Made by a program: the position numbers and the translations under genes. 64,000 nucleotides of DNA, from the IMG/VR virus record IMGVR_UViG_3300031992_000076, positions 1 to 64,000 of that record; one strand, written 5' to 3'. The notes beneath the pieces were generated by a model. It made no database searches. It was not told the DNA's origin and saw only the letters and a list, made by a program, of their open reading frames with translations. Below, one piece after another: positions 58,501 through 64,000 of the stretch. How positions within the stretch are numbered: the first letter of the stretch is position 1; each line of letters starts with the position of its first letter. Origin of the DNA: a virus. Taxonomy: Duplodnaviria; Caudoviricetes.

Positions 58501-58638
58501 AGCTTCTTCATTATCATTATTAGTGATAGGAGTAGTATCTTCTGCAGCCATAACTGTCATAGATTCTGTGGATAAAGCAAGAGAAAGACCAATAGTTAAA
58601 GCTTTAATGATTTTTTTGTTAATTAAAGTTTTTTTCAT
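55522..58638 (-). CDS. Large secreted, C-terminally membrane-anchored surface protein, 1038 aa
   Basis: Signal-peptide-like MKKTLINKKIIKALTIGLSLALSTESMTVMA; two long coiled coils flanking a beta-rich core; C-terminal TM (LWWILLIIILILAGGYGI) and basic tail. Confidence 0.8.
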   Translation of the reverse strand: MKKTLINKKIIKALTIGLSLALSTESMTVMAAEDTTPITNNDNEEAVNSKMEEKTDEAYINIKKGEGEALEAIDQAQTVPSESVQETKEELEAEMDYNIERKIDAPEVDVRKAYGVSKNAEGFAIIAENKAESAELQADITKEKVEDATDLVNQAKDLTDKANKKVEDTEKILDASSSVLEKISNEVELNQIYSDASAAVSNMNKTVEETEKELNNIKEKFDKDKAAYNEAVSAYTSLKSQFENAQDNFELNKDVAGIQANEAEDRLEDLISKTADLETAARKAKEDYLASGMGYVQALENSIATKLNNNQSVNFTGKGSYAELFDSIVEFYYVPQMLEGEFVNIEWHRYSGNYTYADGTKSTQGDVLNYCTVTYLDKEGNTVQKNLNYKIANGNRTNDAKWPGIVIFEKTEHNALDNVELTTEELNTLNSTNSLEKNGIKYIKENNEYFKVAESGQEKVYFTEETTTTTQKNFIGEEKISYAFENGKLIKTVQRDVSTTTYTGASLSATSSYDDEEQAQTAYKQELQKKIDALGDNDFIIINNKEFKKGDIADLTGYESTSKTTYSISGTFSEKYTDTMNRYSDKYVFSNGTYLLGIGEQHDYDEIAHYAENNKVIVEYAKVTKTNSASYSWLHDAIIGCGDDKEKLEKSLTEKFAKEGKIYVGIDPTDWNIGSASVYIIDAKSLSIDVIADDEETAKNEFSIKATEKINPNAKLYNVKTSVNATTAYSFKTLNYLVKNVLIEKDKIVAQTIYNTDKVNLVKEYRNDNWYTGNIILLTQDKAEGMDYKTDGKQPYNKDSMISDNAETQATRNFRDAVEFASDLAQKYQDIADKAKAANEDFIKAKQNVKDLQIAISKMKANSSIDKDITDFGDLENQLKQALKDFEITKNKKDELNKKLADIKKTLDEKIKEINTVEIETSGDDIPATILPLADAPLTITGNNNPTVQENNGAERDNLNTNVDDNEIDNNNQQSEENPDDKRPSLTDIAQQTIALSDGIKENNETLSLWWILLIIILILAGGYGIHHYIKKEEKDKK

Positions 58639-58661
58639 GTTCTCCTCCTTTTATATATAAA

Positions 58662-58688
58662 AAAATATCAGAACTATTCTGATATTTT
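58662..58688 (-). terminator. Terminator-like hairpin between the tRNA-like element and the surface-protein RBS
   Basis: AAAATATCAGAA-TAG-TTCTGATATTTT(TTT). Confidence 0.7.
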
Positions 58689-58692
58689 TAAA

Positions 58693-58825
58693 TACAACAG
58701 GTAAGGATTTGCACCTTACATGGGCTCCTTGGTCAGCATCCGTGTAGCTTCTTAAAGCCCCTCTAAGATGATTTGCCCTAATATACCAAGTTCTTATCTA
58801 CGTCTACCTATTTCGCCACTGTTGC
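58693..58825 (-). ncRNA. Non-canonical tRNA-like RNA #1 (133 nt)
   Basis: GCAACAG/CTGTTGT acceptor with A73; D-arm GCG-AAATAGGTAGA-CGT; 6-bp T-stem GTAAGG-TGCAAAT-CCTTAC; about 80-nt central insert. Confidence 0.7.
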
Positions 58826-59026
58826 ATACATCGACATACATCCGACAGGATGTCAACTAATCTGTACAATCGAATGAGATGGACACTCGACTGCTATCTC
58901 AGGCAGGGACTCGAACCCTGCTCTTCCGCTATTCCACCGACTGACTTGACTGCCAGGTTGCCAAGGTTTCATTCTCTCCACGCACTTTAAGTCTTCCGAC
59001 TCTCTATGCACTTTGAGCGGGCATAA

Positions 59027-59097
59027 CAGCGGTTAGTGGAGTCGGACCACTCTAATCTGGGTCAAAGCCAGCTGCACTGCCGATGTGCTAAACCGCT
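59027..59097 (-). tRNA. tRNA-Gln(UUG)
   Basis: AGCGGTT/AACCGCT acceptor, D-stem GCAC/GTGC, anticodon loop CT-TTG-AC, T-arm AGTGG-TCCGACT-CCACT, G73; CCA not encoded. Confidence 0.8.
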
Positions 59098-59107
59098 AAA
59101 ATTAATT

Positions 59108-59371
59108 TTAAAAATTATGACGATATCTATCTCCCCAAAAATAGTCCCCTTTAACAAGATAAGTATCATCTTCTAAGAGGTCTACTTGAGATATATATTC
59201 TTTTTTACGAAATAAACCATATTCATTTTTCCAAGTGTGCTCAAATTGCACACCATAAATTTGACCATGATTGGTATAAACTTTGATTACAGTTTCAGGA
59301 TATCTAGAATCTGTTAATTCTGTATAAAAATGGTCGCCTACTTTAATGCTATTTAATTCTTCAATCTTCAT
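59108..59371 (-). CDS. Hypothetical protein, 87 aa
   Basis: AAGGAG RBS. Confidence 0.65.
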   Translation of the reverse strand: MKIEELNSIKVGDHFYTELTDSRYPETVIKVYTNHGQIYGVQFEHTWKNEYGLFRKKEYISQVDLLEDDTYLVKGDYFWGDRYRHNF

Positions 59372-60092
59372 TCTGCTTCTCCTTTTTTAAGGCTATAACA
59401 ACCAATTCCACACATCATTATAAAAAATATAATTATTAAACTTGAAATTAATTTATTCATCTTCTTTTTTATATGTTTTATGTATAATAGATAATATTTT
59501 TTAATAACCGCAATAAAATCTTTACTTTTTACTACTCTTCGAGCCATCGCCATCTAAGATGCCACCCTAAAAAATGAATAGAAATATGTAAATTTTTCTT
59601 ACAATAATATGGTTGATTTATTTGTATTGCAATAGTTGGCAGTATGAATACCCAATCCCATGCCGTTAGAAATGTAAATTCGCTAAATTTCATTTTTTCT
59701 CTCTATCCAAGTGGAATATAATAAATCATTAAAATTGACCAAATAATATATATAGTCCAAATCAATGTACTAGCTATTATTCGTATTGTTTTTTTCTTCT
59801 TCATTTTTTTTGTCCTGTATTTTAAGATATATAGCAACTATTATTGTAATTATTGCAAACAGTAATATAAAAAGTATTCTACCTAATCCTGGGTCACGTT
59901 CAAAGCTAAATATATCCTCAAGAATTCTTATCCATTGTTCATGTGTCATTTTATATCGTCCTCTGCTAATCGTTCTTTACGCGCATATATTTTTAAAATA
60001 TCTGCTATAAGCTCTGGAAATGATATATTTAAATCCTCAGTCATATCACATAAATAATCGTATACGGCATATTCTACTACTGATTTATTCAT
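59368..60092 (-). CDS. Run of very small ORFs, several hydrophobic: 59532-59693 (53 aa), 59703-59804 (33 aa), 59770-59949 (59 aa), 59946-60092 (48 aa), and a short TM peptide ending at 59368
   Basis: Read manually on the - strand; tightly coupled stop/start overlaps. Confidence 0.5.
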
Positions 60093-60616
60093 TCTACTAC
60101 TCCTAGATAATACTTCTTTATACGTTCTTCACCAACTCTATCAACTGCGGTTTTCGCATCTTTCTCACTTGCAAAGTATATAGATGTGAATTTACTTCTA
60201 AGATTATAGTCTATAAGAATTTCTCGATTGTGAAAATCATACACAATACTGTAGTGAGGTACAGTTCCGTCCCATTTAGCATCACTAGGTTCTGCAAACT
60301 CTTTAAGTTCTGCCAAGACTTTAAGTTTTTCTCGTGCAAACCTTCCTTCTTCCCAAGTCTTAAAACAGTTACCAATGGCATAACAATCATAGTCATAATT
60401 CGAGTCATTCCATCTATGCGGTACTATTGCTAGCAGACCATCACTCCTCATATTGTAATAATGGTCGTCAATTTCGGGCTTCCATCTTCCTGAATCTTCT
60501 TCAATTTCAACCTTTTTAAGGACTTCAATCTCATCTTGAAGCGCTTTCATTTTTGCTTCGTACTCTGAACGTTTCATTATTTTCTCACTTTCTATATTAT
60601 TGTAAATGTTGTGCAA
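60089..60616 (-). CDS. Conserved phage hypothetical protein (probable start MKRSEY)
   Basis: 'WKP…YY…D……IGNCFKT.EE…' family. Confidence 0.65.
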   Translation of the reverse strand: MHNIYNNIESEKIMKRSEYEAKMKALQDEIEVLKKVEIEEDSGRWKPEIDDHYYNMRSDGLLAIVPHRWNDSNYDYDCYAIGNCFKTWEEGRFAREKLKVLAELKEFAEPSDAKWDGTVPHYSIVYDFHNREILIDYNLRSKFTSIYFASEKDAKTAVDRVGEERIKKYYLGVVE

Positions 60617-60794
60617 TATAACTAATAAAACTCCAAATAAATAAAATTGTAATTGTTACAATTATCCAACCACCAGTAGAAGTTTTAAAATTATAAGACG
60701 ACTTTTTCCGACAAGTTTGAATTATATCTTTAATTGCTGATACAGTCCATACACTATATGCAAACGATAGCATCCATATCCATAAATATTGCAT
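60597..60794 (-). CDS. Small two-TM membrane protein, 65 aa
   Basis: Two hydrophobic segments; AAGGCGG RBS. Confidence 0.55.
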   Translation of the reverse strand: MQYLWIWMLSFAYSVWTVSAIKDIIQTCRKKSSYNFKTSTGGWIIVTITILFIWSFISYIAQHLQ

Positions 60795-60796
60795 TT

Positions 60797-61078
60797 TTAA
60801 TCACCGCCTTCCGCTTCTATGACTATAGGTGCCTGTATAAGCAAAGATTGAGCAAAATTCCAAGCATAATATTCATATTGGGTTCTTGGTAGCGTATCAG
60901 CATCAGCATTAGTCATTTTATTTAGTACCCAATCCGCATCAATCAATCTTCCATGATTTCTAGGAAGTGGTGTACCATTTCCAATGGCTTTGATAAGTAT
61001 ATTCTTTTCCTCTTCTGTAAAAGGTCTCTCAAAACCCTCGCATACTAATTTTTCTGGAACATCAATTACTATCTGCAT
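60797..61078 (-). CDS. Hypothetical protein, 93 aa
   Basis: 'MQIVIDVP…GTPLP..HGRLIDAD…AP..IEA' micro-domain family. Confidence 0.7.
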   Translation of the reverse strand: MQIVIDVPEKLVCEGFERPFTEEEKNILIKAIGNGTPLPRNHGRLIDADWVLNKMTNADADTLPRTQYEYYAWNFAQSLLIQAPIVIEAEGGD

Positions 61079-61087
61079 GTTATTTTC

Positions 61088-61237
61088 TCACTTTCTGACA
61101 CAAAAATCAATTAATTCATATCTAAACAATGCTTTTATTAATGTTTTTATCATTAAAAATTTACTATTTGTATAAAAAGTAATTCCCCATATTTTATCTT
61201 TGTAGTTTTTTGCTAAAATTGCATATTTATGACCCAT
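61088..61237 (-). CDS. Hypothetical protein, 49 aa (MGHKYAILAKNYKDKIWG…), not in ORF track
   Basis: Fills the gap in a co-oriented array. Confidence 0.5.
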   Translation of the reverse strand: MGHKYAILAKNYKDKIWGITFYTNSKFLMIKTLIKALFRYELIDFCVRK

Positions 61238-61260
61238 ATTATTTTTCTCTTTTCTGTGAC

Positions 61261-61443
61261 TCAATATTCATACAATGAGATTACTTCTTCTATCACATTG
61301 TCGTTTTCATCATAAATTTCTTCTTCGTAACAGCCTAATATTTCATTTTGTTCAGATGTATCACAGCTTCCATGTGCATACAACAGTACTCGCTGATTCT
61401 TGTCATATTTATTTAATTCTGTAATAAGCTCTCCTACTGTCAT
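61261..61443 (-). CDS. Hypothetical protein, 60 aa
   Basis: 'MTVGELITELNKYD….V' family. Confidence 0.65.
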   Translation of the reverse strand: MTVGELITELNKYDKNQRVLLYAHGSCDTSEQNEILGCYEEEIYDENDNVIEEVISLYEY

Positions 61444-61575
61444 TTATTCCTCACTTTCTGCCTTATACGGACATTCTTTTTCATCGCAATACCATTCAAA
61501 GAAAAGATTATCAACATAACTTTTGTCACAAGATAAGCAAGGTTCTTTCAATAACCCTTCTTCGTCATACTTCAT
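61444..61575 (-). CDS. Small four-Cys protein, 43 aa (MKYDEEGLLKEPCLSCD…WYCDEKECPY…), not in ORF track
   Basis: Coupled to neighbours. Confidence 0.55.
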   Translation of the reverse strand: MKYDEEGLLKEPCLSCDKSYVDNLFFEWYCDEKECPYKAESEE

Positions 61576-61859
61576 TCTTCAATCCCCTTATCCTTGTACT
61601 TGTCGATAATCGCCAATACTTCATCTTCCTTGACATAAGTATCGAAGTGATTAACAAATGGATATGTTTTAACGAGTTCTGTTACTTCTTTCCTTATCTT
61701 ATCTAATACATTTTCTTTAGGATTGGGAGTAGCACTTTGTAAAGCCTCTTTAAAGTACAGATAACTTCCATTCAAAAACGCTCTACTAAGATGGGAGTCA
61801 TCATCTGCTGACACTATCTCGTCAAATACTTCTTCATCTAACTCGATTATGTATTTCAT
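61572..61859 (-). CDS. Hypothetical protein, 95 aa
   Basis: AAGG RBS; 'VLDKIR.E…VL.IIDKYK' micro-domain. Confidence 0.65.
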   Translation of the reverse strand: MKYIIELDEEVFDEIVSADDDSHLSRAFLNGSYLYFKEALQSATPNPKENVLDKIRKEVTELVKTYPFVNHFDTYVKEDEVLAIIDKYKDKGIEE

Positions 61860-62512
61860 TCCTTTTCACCTCTCATATCTGCTCCACAATCAGGACAGAA
61901 ATGGCTTAATTTCCAATGAATACCATCTGCAAACTCAACGCTTGGGGCTAAACAAGCACAACGAGAGCATTCATAATATCCGTTTTTGTGTAACCACCTT
62001 CCTACATGTCTCGTAGGAGGAACAAGAGGTAATGATAATAACCTTGTTACATCCTTCTCTGTATGTCCATCCCACTCTTTGCCACATTCAAGTTCTTTAC
62101 ACTTAAACAAATCCCAATATTTCTTGTGGTAATGATATGTATATGAACCTTCGGGAGTATCAATTCCAACAATGAACATTTCTCCATCTTCGTCAAAGCA
62201 ATAGTGCCCGTCAGAATGCTTAAAGGATTTCCATGATATATCGGGGTGCTCATTGACAAGAGTTGCAAATAACATGGCTCGTTGATGATAGAGTTGATTA
62301 AATGTATGATAACCATCTGACACTTCGCCTTTATCCTCGCAAGGTTGTTGCTCTAAGGCTTTGATGTTATTACATAATGCCTTATTGACCTTTAACAACA
62401 TCTTATCCTTGTCGGTCATAGGTGTTTCTTCATCATCACCACAGACATCAAAGAATCCGTATATGGTCTTGTGTACTATGTCAATTATGGTTTTTATATC
62501 TTCTTTTGTCAT
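61856..62512 (-). CDS. Modular protein with WDGH-motif domain and C-terminal Zn ribbon, 218 aa
   Basis: DGYHTFNQLY.QR..LF…TP.G.Y.YH…W..F…E…WDGHT; GRW…ECSRC…FCPDCGADM. Confidence 0.7.
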   Translation of the reverse strand: MTKEDIKTIIDIVHKTIYGFFDVCGDDEETPMTDKDKMLLKVNKALCNNIKALEQQPCEDKGEVSDGYHTFNQLYHQRAMLFATLVNEHPDISWKSFKHSDGHYCFDEDGEMFIVGIDTPEGSYTYHYHKKYWDLFKCKELECGKEWDGHTEKDVTRLLSLPLVPPTRHVGRWLHKNGYYECSRCACLAPSVEFADGIHWKLSHFCPDCGADMRGEKE

Positions 62513-63072
62513 TTCTCTTTATCCTTACTTTCTGCCAATGGCTCAAACATATAACAATATCCATTCCCCATATATACTTCTTCATGATTTATAGGGCATC
62601 GGCTTTCAGCTCCAACACCTCTCCGATATGCTCCATCGCTATCTTTCCACCACTTGCAATCCTTACATCGCCCCATCTTTGGTTGTGGTGTAACGGGCGG
62701 CAAAGCCTTAATAACATCTTCGATAAGACAATCTCTACAATCTTGAATAGATGTTCTTTGATAATATTCATCGTGAAAATAATTTTTAATTGAATCTATT
62801 ACCGCTTGTCTGCTTACAGCGTCCTTACAAGACTCTTGCTCTAACGTCTCAAAATCAACTCCTGTTGGTTTACTTATACTCTTAATATAATTCTCTACTG
62901 ACTTCTGTTCTTCTGGTGTAGCATCACGCATACTAATGACTTTTCCTATATTTGAATCTTGCTCTAAGGCTTGAATTGCTAACTCAAAGAATTCGTAAGT
63001 TCTGGAATGTTTACTGTCTTCGTTAACGTCTAACCACATCTTGCCAAATTCTATTGCTTCTTCTTTTGTCAT
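62509..63072 (-). CDS. Modular hypothetical protein with C-terminal Cys cluster, 187 aa
   Basis: MTKEEAI…LEQ…DAVSRQAVI…LPPVTPQP…CKDCKWW…C…C. Confidence 0.7.
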   Translation of the reverse strand: MTKEEAIEFGKMWLDVNEDSKHSRTYEFFELAIQALEQDSNIGKVISMRDATPEEQKSVENYIKSISKPTGVDFETLEQESCKDAVSRQAVIDSIKNYFHDEYYQRTSIQDCRDCLIEDVIKALPPVTPQPKMGRCKDCKWWKDSDGAYRRGVGAESRCPINHEEVYMGNGYCYMFEPLAESKDKEK

Positions 63073-63203
63073 ACTTTCTCACCTTTACTTTTTGCCTTGT
63101 ATGCTAAATGGTCATGAAACCATACATAATATTGGTTATTTTTCATTTTTTCTTAAATTTTTCAATATTTCTTTGACATTTAATTTATCTAAAAAATATA
63201 AAA

Positions 63204-63274
63204 AGGTGATAATAAGATTCGAACTTATGATACTGATTTTGCAGACCAGCGCCTTACCACTTGGCTATATCACC
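63204..63274 (-). tRNA. tRNA-Cys(GCA)
   Basis: GGTGATA/TATCACC acceptor, U73, D-arm GCC-AAGTGGTAA-GGC, CTGGT-CT-GCA-AA-ATCAG, ATAAG-TTCGAAT-CTTAT. Confidence 0.9.
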
Positions 63275-63276
63275 AT

Positions 63277-63380
63277 TATCTCGGGTGAAGATTTGCACTT
63301 CACATGGGTTACAAAAGTTAAGTCTTTGTGCCCTTGCTACCTAACCTCAAACTAGCGTCTACCTATTCCGCCACCGAGAT
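63277..63380 (-). ncRNA. Non-canonical tRNA-like RNA #2 (104 nt)
   Basis: ATCTCGG/CCGAGAT acceptor with A73; D-arm GCG-GAATAGGTAGA-CGC; 6-bp T-stem GTGAAG-TGCAAAT-CTTCAC; lies directly downstream of a consensus promoter (63413-63441). Confidence 0.75.
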
Positions 63381-63453
63381 ATTTATTTATTACTTCTTTA
63401 TTTCATATATATATTATATCATAAAATTTTAAAAATGTCAATATACAAAGAAA

Positions 63454-63482
63454 AAGGCAATTATAAAGATTATAATTGCCTT
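63454..63482 (-). terminator. Terminator of the second tail-fibre module
   Basis: AAGGCAATTATAA-AGA-TTATAATTGCCTT; T-run on the - strand. Confidence 0.8.
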
Positions 63483-63489
63483 GATATAT

Positions 63490-63684
63490 TTAATCATTAT
63501 TTTCTTCTGATTCTTTTTCATTTGGCACTACGGTGCCATCTTCAAGAAAATAGTATCCGTCAGTGAGAACCTTTTTCTCAGTTTTATTTTTCCAGGTATT
63601 GGGCACATCATTGATTGACCATACTTTGTCGGTTTTTACATTGATATCCCTTTCCTCTAAGTGTCTTGTATATTTATTTACCAT
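63490..63684 (-). CDS. Paralog of 11698..11892 (XkdX-like position), 64 aa
   Basis: 45 of the first 55 aa identical to 11698..11892. Confidence 0.8.
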   Translation of the reverse strand: MVNKYTRHLEERDINVKTDKVWSINDVPNTWKNKTEKKVLTDGYYFLEDGTVVPNEKESEENND

Positions 63685-63966
63685 TTATTGTTCCTCCAGC
63701 TTTGCAACTCTGTTTTCTAAGTTATCGATCATTTCTGCTAAATCATCAATAGCAGATGAATTTATATCCTCAAGTTCAGCCACATCACAGATAGCAGAGT
63801 CATTCTCTGTAACGCCTTGTGTGTTCTCATTTATCTGTGGGATTTTACTATTTGCTTCTTCGGCCTTTGCAGTAACAGGTGCTTCATTTTTTTGTAATTG
63901 TGCAATGGATTTTACCAAAGCATCAACTCTTTCTTCTAATGCTTTTATTCTTTCTTCTAATAACAT
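63685..63966 (-). CDS. Paralog of the C-terminus of 11277..11705, 93 aa
   Basis: GVTENDSAICDVAELED..S.AIDDLAE vs GIEENDVAVCDVAELEDSDSQAIDELAE. Confidence 0.75.
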   Translation of the reverse strand: MLLEERIKALEERVDALVKSIAQLQKNEAPVTAKAEEANSKIPQINENTQGVTENDSAICDVAELEDINSSAIDDLAEMIDNLENRVAKLEEQ

Positions 63967-63979
63967 GTTATATTTACCT

Positions 63980-64000
63980 CCTATTCAAGCCATAAAGCAT
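63980..64000 (-). CDS. Extreme 3' end of a probable second tail-fibre gene (…ALWLE*), truncated by the window edge
   Basis: Minus strand reads GCT TTA TGG CTT GAA TAG, matching …ELWLE* of 8753..11263 and followed by the same two-gene cassette. Confidence 0.55.

Noticed and set aside
58693-59022. tmRNA, RNase P or SRP RNA
   Set aside because: No G3.U70 alanine acceptor or tag ORF, and none of the conserved RNase P (GAGGAAAGUCC) or SRP domain IV motifs.
3546-63355. Numerous alternative-frame and antisense ORFs in the track (e.g. 3546, 4444, 7713, 9419, 12518, 13903, 18114, 19763, 27613, 49770, 53252, 53674, 54445, 62422, 63041)
   Set aside because: They overlap well-supported genes or tRNAs, lack an RBS and show shadow-ORF composition.
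1-64000. Stop-codon reassignment (code 15 or code 4)
   Set aside because: Core genes are full length in code 11; TAG and TGA end genes cleanly; no canonical suppressor tRNA.
1-64000. Prophage/integration signals
   Set aside because: No integrase, repressor-cro switch, att-like repeat or host housekeeping context in the window.

Overview
AT-rich (roughly 27-30% GC by eye) 64 kb segment of a large lytic-type tailed phage (Caudoviricetes), most likely infecting an anaerobic Firmicute (Clostridia/Lachnospiraceae-like, inferred from the class III RNR, SH3b endolysin, sigmaA-type promoters and HPr-like gene). The + strand (1-15.8 kb) carries tail/baseplate and tail-fibre genes, a RuvC-like resolvase and a small spore-surface-like operon. 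The - strand (15.8-64 kb) carries nucleotide metabolism (dut, nrdD/nrdG, ThyX-like), a full replisome (DnaE, primase, DnaB, RecJ, Dda/RecD-like helicase, Sak4-like ATPase, SSB, LigA, gyrase A/B), lysis genes, a probable RNA-repair cluster, a large cell-surface protein, tRNAs, many small accessory ORFs and the tail end of a second tail-fibre module. Main observations: (1) nrdD is split into two separately translated pieces by a free-standing HNH homing endonuclease, with no intron; (2) two non-canonical tRNA-like RNAs share a 7-bp acceptor/6-bp T-stem fold and a UGCAAAU T-loop; (3) the hexamer GCGGGA/TCCCGC is strongly over-represented (at least 49 copies counted by eye) in the core genome but was not seen in two accessory blocks; (4) the tail-fibre assembly cassette is duplicated in inverted orientation 52 kb away. 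No integrase, CRISPR array or reverse transcriptase was seen. All family assignments come from motif recognition, not database searches.
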